Positions 30,166-39,862 of a stretch of 64,000 nucleotides of DNA are shown in pieces. A model generated the notes under the pieces. It was not told where the DNA came from. It made no database searches and worked only from the letters and a program-made list of their open reading frames with translations. The translations under genes were made by a program, and so were the position numbers. Each line of letters opens with the position of its first letter. Positions within the stretch are counted from its first letter, which is position 1. The stretch is from Erysipelotrichaceae bacterium. Lineage in GTDB: Bacteria > Bacillota_I > Bacilli_A > RFN20 > CAG-449. The stretch covers positions 140 to 64,139 of the forward strand of contig SVBD01000001.1 of NCBI GenBank assembly GCA_015059045.1, given 5' to 3'.

Positions 30166-31326
30166 ATGGGACAATTAGATAATTATAACCAAATGATTAA
30201 TGAACTTGAAATTTTTAAAAATTTAAAAATTTCTTCGATGGTTTTAGAAAAAGAAAGTATAACGTTAAAAAATAATATTAATGAACAAATGTTAGCAAAT
30301 ATTTTTGATAATTCATATGATCCAAATATAAAACAATATGTTAAAGAATTTTTAAAACAACGGGATGATAATAATTTCATTGATAAATTAATTTGTAAAG
30401 CAAAACAATCATTAAAAAATAAAATTTATGAAAGCGAATATAAAATGCGTAAATTAAATTGTAAAAAAATCATCATTAATTTTCTTTTCTCAATATTAAT
30501 TCTTTGCCTTTTATCTACTGGGATATTTTTATTTATAAAAGAAGGATATTCAAACAATGCAACAAGTCTTACTTTAGGGATAATTCCAACTTTTATAACT
30601 ATTGGTGCTTATTATTTATGGAAATCTGGAAACAATACAAAGTCAATAGGACTTATAATGTTAGAAATTGGATATTTTATTATTTCTTTGCTCATAATGT
30701 ATGCCGGTGGTAATGCAACTCATAAAGGTTCTTTACCTTTTTATATTTTTCATTATTTGTTATTAGTGGCAATATTTACACTTATTATTAATTGGATACA
30801 CATATTAAAAAATATAAGGTCAAAAAAAGAGAATTTACATGCAATAGTTCTAAATTGTAAAAATTACGATTTCAATATGTTTGAATATTATTTTAATAAA
30901 TTAAATTATTTAGAAAATCAATTAAGTGAATTGAAAAAAAATATAAATAAAACAAATGAATTAATTACAGTTGCTAAAAGAAAAGCTAAAATTTTACCTC
31001 AAAAATATATTGATTACATTAGTCCGTTTGATAATGTTCCTGCCGTGTTTGATATTTTTAATATTGCAAAAGATAAAAGAGCATTTACAATCAATGAAGT
31101 TATTAATGTCTATATTGAAGATGAATTTAAAAAGGAGCAAAGACTACATATGAATACTATGGAAGAATTAAATAAAAAAAGAAATAATTTTTATAATAAT
31201 GTCATAAATCAAAATAATCAATTGCTAAATGATATTAAAAAACAAGGCAAATATTTGTCGGAAATTGAAAATAAAATTAAAAACATAGAAATACCTTCTA
31301 CAATTGATGTAAGAATTATAGATTAA
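30166..31326 (+). CDS. Hypothetical membrane protein (about 4 central TM helices flanked by coiled-coil-like regions)
   Basis: 386-aa ORF, very AT-rich, AGGGG RBS; no family recognised. Confidence 0.75.
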   Translation: MGQLDNYNQMINELEIFKNLKISSMVLEKESITLKNNINEQMLANIFDNSYDPNIKQYVKEFLKQRDDNNFIDKLICKAKQSLKNKIYESEYKMRKLNCKKIIINFLFSILILCLLSTGIFLFIKEGYSNNATSLTLGIIPTFITIGAYYLWKSGNNTKSIGLIMLEIGYFIISLLIMYAGGNATHKGSLPFYIFHYLLLVAIFTLIINWIHILKNIRSKKENLHAIVLNCKNYDFNMFEYYFNKLNYLENQLSELKKNINKTNELITVAKRKAKILPQKYIDYISPFDNVPAVFDIFNIAKDKRAFTINEVINVYIEDEFKKEQRLHMNTMEELNKKRNNFYNNVINQNNQLLNDIKKQGKYLSEIENKIKNIEIPSTIDVRIID

Positions 31327-31383
31327 ATTATGATATAAAAATGTAATTATTATTAATATGTAGCAATAAGGAGGAAAGGATAA

Positions 31384-32289
31384 TTAGACAGTTTTCTTAT
31401 AATTAACGAAGTTAATTTTACAAATGTGAGATAATTCTTCTTTTCCGAATTTATTAATAAATTCTTGAGTGAATTCGTCTACTTTTGTAGATGCACCTTT
31501 TGGAATATCCATTTGATATTTTTCATTTAATACTTTCATTTCTTTTAAGAAACAGTATCTAGCAATCATTGAACTTACTGCAATTGAAGGATACCAAGAT
31601 TCACCTTTAGTTTTAAATGTAATATTTTTAGTTACAACTTTTTCTTCATATTGAAGATATTCATAATACTTATCTACCTCACAGAATTGATCAATAAAGC
31701 AAGGAGTATCATTTTCTTTTATTTTTTCTTTGACATTTAGTAAAGCTTTATTATGTAATAGGGCTTTAATTTTATTCATAGAATAACCATTATTTACTAA
31801 CTCATTATATTTATCGTTCGTGCATGTTAATTTAGAAAATACGACTTTATCTAAAAGAGAAGGAACAATTTCTAAAATCTTTTCATCAGTTAATTTTTTT
31901 GAATCATTAACTTTTAATTCCTTTAATAAGTCGATATCACTTTCTTTAATATAAGAAGCAACAACGATTACTGGACCAAAGAAATCACCAGTTCCTACTT
32001 CATCAGAACCAATTTGATTATTAACATTTAACCAATAATAATCAATCTTTTCCTTTTTAGGATTAATAGTTGCAGTTACATCCCAAATTAACGCTTCATT
32101 TAATGCATTTGCTCCAGAAAAAACAGCTTTTAATCCTTTTTTAGAAGAGTAAATGGTAATAACAACATCATCAATGGTTTTAGTTTTCCATAAGATATAT
32201 TCACCCACATCAAAAACTAGATCTTCCTTATAGAAGATTTCCATCTTTTCTAATGTTTCTTGAGTAATCTTTAAAGTTACGTAGTCCAT
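31384..32289 (-). CDS. rnhC: Ribonuclease HIII
   Basis: IGSDEVGTGDFFGP, DSKKL and IDQF motifs with an N-terminal extension; divergent from mutS2 as in Bacilli. Confidence 0.93.
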   Translation of the reverse strand: MDYVTLKITQETLEKMEIFYKEDLVFDVGEYILWKTKTIDDVVITIYSSKKGLKAVFSGANALNEALIWDVTATINPKKEKIDYYWLNVNNQIGSDEVGTGDFFGPVIVVASYIKESDIDLLKELKVNDSKKLTDEKILEIVPSLLDKVVFSKLTCTNDKYNELVNNGYSMNKIKALLHNKALLNVKEKIKENDTPCFIDQFCEVDKYYEYLQYEEKVVTKNITFKTKGESWYPSIAVSSMIARYCFLKEMKVLNEKYQMDIPKGASTKVDEFTQEFINKFGKEELSHICKINFVNYKKTV

Positions 32290-32408
32290 TTTTTCACCTG
32301 TTTCTATTGTATCACTTTTATTCTCACTACTAAAAGATAATTTAAATTATTAGAACATTTATTAAATCTATTAATTTAATTAATGTTTTTTGGTATAAAT
32401 ATAATTAG

Positions 32409-34721
32409 GTGATTATGGTGAAAGATATTTATAAAGCCTTTGAATTTGATATTATCAAAGAAAATTTAGAAAAATATGTTAAAGGTGAAGTTGCCTTAAG
32501 ACAAATTAGAGAACTAGAAATGTTTACTTCTTCAGAAGAACTTAAGAAAGAATTAAGTTATTTAGAAGAAATGATTTCATATACTTTAAAATATCGTTCA
32601 CTTGTTATTAATCCTCATAATGATATAGTCTATCAATTAATTTCACTTACTAAAGATGGAGTAGGATCAATTGAGTTCTTTTATCAAATATCATCCCTTT
32701 TAGAAAACGTTGATATTTTAAAAGAAGAATCATCTAAAGATGATAAATATCCTTTAATCATGGAAATGCTATCAAATTTAATTTCTATTCCTTCATTAAA
32801 GAATCAAATTGATCACATTATTACTAGAGATTTACAAATCTCTGATAATGCTTCAAGTGAATTAAGAAGTATTAGACGTAATTTAAGAAATGAAGAACAA
32901 GGACAAAGTAAATTAATTAATTCTCTTGTTTTAAGATATAAAGATATTTTAAATAGTGAAAAATATACAATGAGAAATTCTTCTTATGTATTACCAGTTA
33001 AATCCAGTTATAAAAATTCTGTAAGTGGAATTGTTGTAGATGAATCAGATAGTAAATTAACGGTTTTTATTGAACCAACTGAAATCTTAGAATCAAATAA
33101 TAAAATCGCCAGATTAAAAGAAAAAGAGTATGAAGAAATTAAAAGAATTCTTAAAGAGCTCTCTATTTATACTTTAAAATATATTGAACCATTAAGATCT
33201 AACATTGATATTGTTAATAGATTAGATTTCCTTTTAGCGAAGGCTAATTATGCTTTAGATATTAAAGCGGAAGTAGCAAATATTACTAATGAAAGAGTGA
33301 TATATTTAAAAAATGCTCGCCATCCTTTAATTGATAAAGATAAAGTAGTCAGTAATTCATTCTTTTTAGATAAACAAAAGATTATGGTCATTTCTGGCCC
33401 TAATGCTGGTGGTAAAACAGTTTGTTTAAAAGTTATTGGCTTACTTGTTATTATGAATCAATGTGGACTTGCTTTGCCAACAAGTGAAAAGGCTAATTTA
33501 TGTTTCTTTGATAAGATTTTTGTTGATATGGGTGATAATCAATCATTAATGGATAATTTATCTACTTTCTCAGGTCATATTAAAAATTTAAAAGAAATTT
33601 TAGATGAAGTTACTAAAGACTCTTTAGTAATTTTAGATGAACTTGGAACAGGAACTTCACCTTTAGAAGGAGAAGCTTTAGGTGTAGGTGTTATTACTCA
33701 TCTTAACAATTTAGGTTGTTTTGGTATTTTTACAAGCCATTATGAAGGATTAAAATCTTTTGCTTTAGAAAATGAATATATATTAAATGCTTCAATGGCA
33801 TTTGATGAAGAGAATATTGTTCCTACTTACCATCTTCGTTTGGGAGTTGCAGGTAAATCATATGGAATTGAATTAAGTCAAAGAATGGGTGTAGAAGAAA
33901 ATGTTATTTCTTTATCTAAAGAATATTTAGAAAATAAAGTAAAATCTGATAAAGAAGTCACTCTTGCACTTTTAAACCAAAGACTTGAAGAAAACGAATT
34001 TATTAAAATGGAACTTCTTAGAAAAGAAGAAGAACTAGATAAAAGAAATATCGAATTAGAAAGAGAAATCGAAAAATATAAGCGTTTAGAGAATAAAATC
34101 TTCTTGGAAAGTGAAAAGGAAAAAGAAAAACTTATTCAAAAAGCTAAAGAAGAAATTGAAGAAATTATGGATGAATTTAAAAAGTCATCTTCTTATAAAA
34201 TGCACGAAGTAATTGCTTCCAAAAAGAAACTTGATGATCTTTCTTCTATAGAAGAAGAGGAAGAATCAATTAGCAAAGTGATCAATGTAAATGATTACGT
34301 AAGAATTATCGATTCTGATATTACAGGAAAAGTAATTAGAATCAAAGGGGATAAGATTTCTTTAATTAGTGAACAAGGAATGAATTTAAATGTTAAATTG
34401 TCACAAGTAGAAAGATACTTCCCTAAAAAGAAAGTAAAAAAAGTTCAAACTACTTCACTTTTTAAAACTACAAAAATTGTTAAATTAGAATGCAATTTAA
34501 TCGGTTTAAGAGTTGAAGAAGCTCTTTTGGAACTTGATAAATATATTGATGATGCCATTGTGGCAAGATATAAAGAAGTAAGAATTGTTCATGGATCAGG
34601 AACTGGAGCGTTAAGAGAAGCAGTTCATAATTATTTAAATCGAAGAAAAGAAATAAAGTCATATCGTCTTGGTGGCCTTGGAGAAGGTGGCGTTGGCGCA
34701 ACGGTGGTATATTTTAAATGA
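32409..34721 (+). CDS. mutS2: MutS2 endonuclease/ribosome collision sensor
   Basis: SGPNAGGKT, LSTFSGH, LDELGTGT and a C-terminal Smr domain (VHGSGTGALR). Confidence 0.94.
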   Translation: MIMVKDIYKAFEFDIIKENLEKYVKGEVALRQIRELEMFTSSEELKKELSYLEEMISYTLKYRSLVINPHNDIVYQLISLTKDGVGSIEFFYQISSLLENVDILKEESSKDDKYPLIMEMLSNLISIPSLKNQIDHIITRDLQISDNASSELRSIRRNLRNEEQGQSKLINSLVLRYKDILNSEKYTMRNSSYVLPVKSSYKNSVSGIVVDESDSKLTVFIEPTEILESNNKIARLKEKEYEEIKRILKELSIYTLKYIEPLRSNIDIVNRLDFLLAKANYALDIKAEVANITNERVIYLKNARHPLIDKDKVVSNSFFLDKQKIMVISGPNAGGKTVCLKVIGLLVIMNQCGLALPTSEKANLCFFDKIFVDMGDNQSLMDNLSTFSGHIKNLKEILDEVTKDSLVILDELGTGTSPLEGEALGVGVITHLNNLGCFGIFTSHYEGLKSFALENEYILNASMAFDEENIVPTYHLRLGVAGKSYGIELSQRMGVEENVISLSKEYLENKVKSDKEVTLALLNQRLEENEFIKMELLRKEEELDKRNIELEREIEKYKRLENKIFLESEKEKEKLIQKAKEEIEEIMDEFKKSSSYKMHEVIASKKKLDDLSSIEEEEESISKVINVNDYVRIIDSDITGKVIRIKGDKISLISEQGMNLNVKLSQVERYFPKKKVKKVQTTSLFKTTKIVKLECNLIGLRVEEALLELDKYIDDAIVARYKEVRIVHGSGTGALREAVHNYLNRRKEIKSYRLGGLGEGGVGATVVYFK

Positions 34722-36469
34722 ATGAATTAATTAAAGCTAAAATTGATTTACTTACCTCTAAACCTGGCGTATATCTAATGAAAGATATCAAAGGTACAAT
34801 TATTTATGTGGGTAAAGCAAAATCATTAATCAATCGAGTTAAACAATACTTTCTAAGACCTCAAGAAGGTAAAGTTTTTCGTATGGTTAGAGAAATTAAT
34901 GATTTTGATACAATTGAAACTTTAAGTGAAAAAGAAGCATTATTATTAGAAATAAATTTAATTAGAAAATATTATCCAAAATACAATGTGTTATTAAAAG
35001 ATGGTAAATCTTATCCTTATATTGCTTTAAAAAAGAAAAATGATCCATTTTTAAAAATTGCATATAAGGATAATGATAAGAATTTTAAATACTTTGGTCC
35101 ATATCCAAATTCAAAAGCAGTATACTCCACTATTGACTTATTAAATAAGCTTTTCCCATTAAGAAAATGTCAAACATTGAGAAAGGAACCTTGTTTATAT
35201 TATCATTTAGGCAATTGTCTAGGTCCTTGTATTAACAAAATAAATCAAGATGAATATTTAGAACTTACTGATAAAATTACTAAATTCTTAAATGGGGATA
35301 CTAGCAAAGTTAAAAGTGAAGTTTTGAAGAAGATGAATCTTTACAGCCAAAATTTAGAATTTGAAAAAGCTTTAGAAATGAAAAATATTCTTGATGCGAT
35401 TGAAGAAATAAATAAGAAGCAAGCGATAATGATGCAAGATCACATTGATCGAGATATTATCGCAAGTAGTTCTAGAGAAGGTTATTTTTCTTTATGCATT
35501 ATGACTTATCGAAAAGGAATTTTACTTGGAAAGAATTTATTTGTTCAAGAAATATTCGATCAAGAAAAAGAAGAAATCATTTCTAGTGTTTTCCAATATT
35601 ATATTAATCATGAAATGCCTAAAGAAATAATTATTGCAGATAAGGAACTTGCTAAGGATCTTTCATATTTACTTGAGAGCAAGGTAATTTCACCTTCTCG
35701 AGGAAGTAAAAGGGATATGTTATTAATCGCTCTAGAAAACGCGAAAAAGGGGCTAGATGAACATTTCTTAACAGCAAGACTTGAAGATGATTCTCTTTCA
35801 TTATTAGAAGAACTTGGAAATTTATTAAATATTAAGATTCCTCTACATATTGAATTATTTGATAATTCACATTTACAAGGAAGTTATCCAGTTGGAGCCA
35901 TGGTTGTTTTTAAAAATGGAAATAAAGCACCTTCTTTATATCGAAAATACAATATTAAAGAATCTGAAGGAAAAGATGATTTAAAATCAATGGAAGAAGT
36001 ACTAACTAGAAGATATTCTAGATTAATTTTAGAGAATAAAGATATGCCTGATTTAATTATTGTTGATGGAGGTCAAAATCAAATTAATGTCGCTTTAGAG
36101 GTTATTGATAATTTAGGATTAGATATTCCTGTAGCGGGTCTTTATAAAAATGATAAGCATCATACATCGGGATTAATTTATCAAGGTGAGATGTATAATA
36201 TTGAACCTAAGTCACGTCTTTTCTTAATGCTAGTTAGAATGCAAGATGAAGTTCATCGCTATGCAATTAGTACTCATCGAAATAAGAGAAGTAAAGGAAT
36301 TACTTCTTCATTCCTAGATGAAATTAAAGGACTTGGTAAAAAACGTTTAGAAAGTTTGTTAAAAGCATATCCTACTAAGGAAGATTTAAATAAAGCAAGT
36401 GTAGAAGAACTTCAAACTATTGTACCTTTAAATATCGCTCTTGAAATTAAGAATAAATTAAATAAATAA
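34718..36469 (+). CDS. uvrC: Excinuclease ABC subunit C
   Basis: GIY-YIG motif PGVYLM..IYVGKAK, FDNSH, VDGG and DEVHRYAI. Confidence 0.96.
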   Translation: MNELIKAKIDLLTSKPGVYLMKDIKGTIIYVGKAKSLINRVKQYFLRPQEGKVFRMVREINDFDTIETLSEKEALLLEINLIRKYYPKYNVLLKDGKSYPYIALKKKNDPFLKIAYKDNDKNFKYFGPYPNSKAVYSTIDLLNKLFPLRKCQTLRKEPCLYYHLGNCLGPCINKINQDEYLELTDKITKFLNGDTSKVKSEVLKKMNLYSQNLEFEKALEMKNILDAIEEINKKQAIMMQDHIDRDIIASSSREGYFSLCIMTYRKGILLGKNLFVQEIFDQEKEEIISSVFQYYINHEMPKEIIIADKELAKDLSYLLESKVISPSRGSKRDMLLIALENAKKGLDEHFLTARLEDDSLSLLEELGNLLNIKIPLHIELFDNSHLQGSYPVGAMVVFKNGNKAPSLYRKYNIKESEGKDDLKSMEEVLTRRYSRLILENKDMPDLIIVDGGQNQINVALEVIDNLGLDIPVAGLYKNDKHHTSGLIYQGEMYNIEPKSRLFLMLVRMQDEVHRYAISTHRNKRSKGITSSFLDEIKGLGKKRLESLLKAYPTKEDLNKASVEELQTIVPLNIALEIKNKLNK

Positions 36470-36495
36470 CCTAAATTTATTTCTCGCATATTCTA
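36468..36495 (+). promoter_or_regulatory. Candidate sigmaK-type promoter of gerE
   Basis: AACC (36468-36471), 15 bp, CATATTCTA (36487-36495). This resembles mACm-16-CATAnnnTa; gerE is sigmaK-dependent in B. subtilis. Confidence 0.45.
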
Positions 36496-36515
36496 TATTG
36501 TAATAGGATAAATTT

Positions 36516-36719
36516 ATGTCATCAATTTTAACTAAAAGAGAAAAAGAAATATTTGAGTTGTTAATTCAAAATAAATCTACAAGCGAAATCGCTAATATAC
36601 TTTATGTATCTGAAAAAACAATTCGTAATCATATATCTAATGTAATGGGTAAATTATCAGTCAAAGGTAGAGCCCAAGCAGTTTGTGAATTATTACGAAT
36701 GAATGAATTAACTCTTTAA
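36516..36719 (+). CDS. gerE: Spore-coat regulator GerE (stand-alone LuxR HTH)
   Basis: LTKREKEIFELLIQ...SEKTIRNHISNVMGKLSVKGRAQAVCELLRMNEL closely follows B. subtilis GerE; gerE-murI-gerM synteny. Confidence 0.88.
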   Translation: MSSILTKREKEIFELLIQNKSTSEIANILYVSEKTIRNHISNVMGKLSVKGRAQAVCELLRMNELTL

Positions 36720-36769
36720 GACAACCAAAAATTTGGTTGTTTTATTTTATTTCACCATATATTTATAAT

Positions 36770-37396
36770 ATGAAAATATGTCTATATGATTCAGGTATTG
36801 GAGTAATTCCATTTTTAAAAGTAATATTAAGAAAGAAAATCTACAATGATTATTATTTATATATTGATGATAATAACTTTCCTTATGGCGATAAATGTGA
36901 TGAAGAATTACTAAAAATACTAAAAAAAGTAATAAAATACGTAGAAAATAATGATTTCGATTACTTATTTATATGTTGTAATACAATTTCTAGAATATTT
37001 TTAAAAAATCAAATAGAATCAAAAGTAAAGGTAAAAACAATTTTAGAAGAAAATATTAAAGATAAAAAGGAATTTAAATTACTATGTACCCCTAGTTTAT
37101 CAAATAATATTGATAATTCTATAAATGGAAATAATCTTGCTAAATATATTACAGATAATAATTTATATAAAATAATTGAATTTATTAATTTCATTAAAAA
37201 CGAAAAAATAATTTTAGGATGCACTCATTACCATTTGATAAAAGATTTATTAGAAATTTTTAAAGTTAATTATATTTCTAACGAAGAACAAATATTTAAT
37301 GGTATCGAATCATCTAAAGAATTAAATATTTATGTTAAAGAGAAAGATTATTTAGAAATAAAAAAATATATAAAAGTAGGAATTAAAATTTATTAA
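36770..37396 (+). CDS. murI: Glutamate racemase (shortened, divergent)
   Basis: YDSGIG, FPYGDK, and catalytic CNT and GCTHY motifs. Start moved to ATG 36770 (MKICLYDSG). Confidence 0.85.
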   Translation: MKICLYDSGIGVIPFLKVILRKKIYNDYYLYIDDNNFPYGDKCDEELLKILKKVIKYVENNDFDYLFICCNTISRIFLKNQIESKVKVKTILEENIKDKKEFKLLCTPSLSNNIDNSINGNNLAKYITDNNLYKIIEFINFIKNEKIILGCTHYHLIKDLLEIFKVNYISNEEQIFNGIESSKELNIYVKEKDYLEIKKYIKVGIKIY

Positions 37397-37424
37397 CTCA
37401 TATATACTTAACTGAGGTAAATAT

Positions 37425-38501
37425 ATGAGAAAATTTTTTAAAAAACTAAAAAGTAAGTTTTCAGTTTATTTTATTACTGGTTCAAAAAAAGAAAGAAAAC
37501 AAAAAAGATCTTTATCTAAAAAAGAAAGAATTATAAAGTACACGACAATTATTTTATTTCCAGTTTTAGCAATTACTTCTGGAGTAATTTTAGGTTTTAG
37601 AGATTATAATAACAAAAATCATAAAGTGGAAGATGTTCTTGTAGTTACTACAAGTGGAGTAAAAAGAAAAATCTTCTTAGTTTCTTCTGATAATTATACA
37701 ATCCCTCTTACAGTAACGATGGAACAAAGAACAACTTTACAACAAGAAATTGTTGATGTATTTGATATGTTAAAAACAACATCTAAAGCAAATTCCACTT
37801 ATGTATCAGGTTTTATTAATGAAAATACAAAACTAAAAAGTTTTAATTTAGAAAATAAAGTTTTAGAACTTAATATGAGTGAAGAATTTTTCCAAACTGA
37901 ATTTAATAATGTTAACGTTATTGAAGCATTGACATTAACATTTTTACAATTTGAAGAAATTGAAGAAATTAAATTATTTGTAGAAGGACAAGAAGTAAAT
38001 TATTATAATCAAATACCAATACCAAGTTCATTAGATTATTCCTTTGGAATAAATAATGAAATCGCTAGTATTAAAGATATGAGAAACAAAGAAAAAGTTG
38101 TTGTCTTTGGTAAAAGACAATACGATAAAGAAACTAGTTATTTAGTCCCAGTTACTTTATATTGCGATAAAGGTGAAAGTGATAATATCACTTTTGTAAA
38201 TGGGATAAAAAGAAAATTTAGATCTGATTCGTTATTAAGGCAAGTTTCTTTATATCAAGGAATTGAAAATATGCAAGAAGCAAATGAAGATTTTATTTTA
38301 AAAGTAAATTCTACTTCTCTTACAGATGAAAATTACGTCAGTAAAGATTTGTTTGATTTAGTTAATATGTCTTTAGAATTAATGGGCAAAGATCAATTAG
38401 TATCATTTAACCTAGAAGGGGAAAGCGTTCAAGTAGATGGGGTATATGAATTAGAAGATTATTCTGTATCTTCTACCGTGATTAATGAAGTAAAACTATA
38501 A
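37425..38501 (+). CDS. gerM: GerMN-domain protein, GerM-like
   Basis: Single TM, then YTIPLT...LELNMSEEF...EALTLTFLQFEEIEEIKLFVEG...GINNE...YLVPVT, i.e. two GerMN-like domains; directly after murI as in Bacillus. Confidence 0.78.
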   Translation: MRKFFKKLKSKFSVYFITGSKKERKQKRSLSKKERIIKYTTIILFPVLAITSGVILGFRDYNNKNHKVEDVLVVTTSGVKRKIFLVSSDNYTIPLTVTMEQRTTLQQEIVDVFDMLKTTSKANSTYVSGFINENTKLKSFNLENKVLELNMSEEFFQTEFNNVNVIEALTLTFLQFEEIEEIKLFVEGQEVNYYNQIPIPSSLDYSFGINNEIASIKDMRNKEKVVVFGKRQYDKETSYLVPVTLYCDKGESDNITFVNGIKRKFRSDSLLRQVSLYQGIENMQEANEDFILKVNSTSLTDENYVSKDLFDLVNMSLELMGKDQLVSFNLEGESVQVDGVYELEDYSVSSTVINEVKL

Positions 38502-38606
38502 TAATTTTAGCCGGATTATTGATTATAATATATCTGGCTTTTTTATTTTAAAAAATTATTAAAAAATGTTTGCATTTTAATATCGTTGTGATACAATAAA
38601 CACGCT

Positions 38607-38683
38607 GGCCTTGTAGCTCAGCTGGATAGAGCAACGGCCTTCTAAGCCGTAGGTCGCCGGTTCGAATCCGTCCAAGGTCGCCA
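38607..38683 (+). tRNA. tRNA-Arg(TCT)
   Basis: 77-nt cloverleaf from GGCCTTG to CAAGGTCGCCA; anticodon arm ACGGC-CTTCTAA-GCCGT; GGTTCGAATCC T loop; CCA encoded. Confidence 0.97.
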
Positions 38684-38781
38684 TTATTAGAAGTTAAGAC
38701 AATCGAAATGATTGTCTTTTTTCTTATCAATAGTTGATAAATGGATTTTGGTTTGAGAAAATAAATACATGAGGTTGTATT

Positions 38782-39738
38782 ATGAATAAAATATTAAAAT
38801 GTTTATTATTTACATCTATTGTTTCTACTCCAATAGTGACTACTTCTTGTGGCATCGCTGAAAAGTATACTTTTGCTTTGGGATATAAAACTACTTATGC
38901 TTCACAAAATGATTTTACAAGCAATTTCATTCAAGTTGATGCAGTATCAATGATTTTAGATTCTAGAGGAATAGTTAAAGATATTATGTTTGATAGCGTT
39001 AAATTTACTTTAGGTGTAAATGTAAAAACTGATTATACATTTATTTATAAACCAATTGGTAATACGGTTATTGATGGTGAAGTTAAATCATATATTGAAC
39101 TAGGAGAACTTGGTGTTAATAATCCTCTTACAAAAGAAAGCTTTGACAAAGACATAGAGAAATACGCTAGTTTTTGTAAAAGAAAAACAATTGATGAAAT
39201 CTTTATGTTTAAGCATCAACTTCCAACTCTCGCGGATATTAATATTGATGTAACAAATTATAATGATGCAATTAATAATGCTTTAAGTAAAGAATCAAAT
39301 CAATTTAAATTAAAAGAAAGCGCTAAAGTTGGGTTGGCATTCTCATCTACATTTGGAAAAAACTCTGAAGGCGTAAGTGCAAGTATAATATTTCAAGGTA
39401 TTGTAGAAGATGATAATAAAATAGCTAAATCATTTACTGATGAGATTGTTTATGAGGTAAATGAAGCTCAAATTGTTAATTCTAAAATTGTATTTACTCC
39501 TAAAGATAATCAATTATCTATTCAAGATAATGTGCTATATAGTAGGTTTGATTTGGTAAATAATATTTCATTAAAAGATCAAAGTCTAGTTTCTCATTTA
39601 GATGAATTAAATCGTTATGATGAATTTATTATAAATAAGAATGATGAATCGATTTTAGATGAGAATATAATATTAGATCATTATGATTTAGAAAGATTAA
39701 ATAATTTAACTATTAAGACATTTTCTAGTGCAAAATAA
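38782..39738 (+). CDS. Lipoprotein, degenerate paralog of the downstream FMN-binding-like lipoprotein
   Basis: Lipobox-like TTSC; segments align by eye with 39863-40876 (LDSRGIVKDIMFDSV, KSYIELG, KTIDEI). Confidence 0.7.
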   Translation: MNKILKCLLFTSIVSTPIVTTSCGIAEKYTFALGYKTTYASQNDFTSNFIQVDAVSMILDSRGIVKDIMFDSVKFTLGVNVKTDYTFIYKPIGNTVIDGEVKSYIELGELGVNNPLTKESFDKDIEKYASFCKRKTIDEIFMFKHQLPTLADINIDVTNYNDAINNALSKESNQFKLKESAKVGLAFSSTFGKNSEGVSASIIFQGIVEDDNKIAKSFTDEIVYEVNEAQIVNSKIVFTPKDNQLSIQDNVLYSRFDLVNNISLKDQSLVSHLDELNRYDEFIINKNDESILDENIILDHYDLERLNNLTIKTFSSAK

Positions 39739-39862
39739 ATTACAAATAATAAGTTTTGTAGTAAATTTAATATTTTATATTATTTTGTAAAAAACATATT
39801 GATAAAAAAATATTTATTTGCTATTATTACTATGGTCTAAATTAAATAGGAGGTAGACTTAA

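Noticed and set aside
37378-37410. sigmaE-like promoter before gerM (CATATATA at 37399)
   Set aside because: Expected by analogy with B. subtilis, but the final T of the -10 and the -35 both mismatch, so it was not called.
38656-38672. Single C:U mismatch in the tRNA T-stem as a sign of a pseudo-tRNA
   Set aside because: The other arms, the promoter-like upstream sequence and the CCA end are intact; one mismatch is tolerable.
38548-38730. 60-aa minus-strand ORF
   Set aside because: It is the antisense shadow of tRNA-Arg(TCT).
38607-38781. tRNA-Arg as the integration site of an island
   Set aside because: I saw no integrase and no duplicated tRNA 3' end downstream; the following genes look native.
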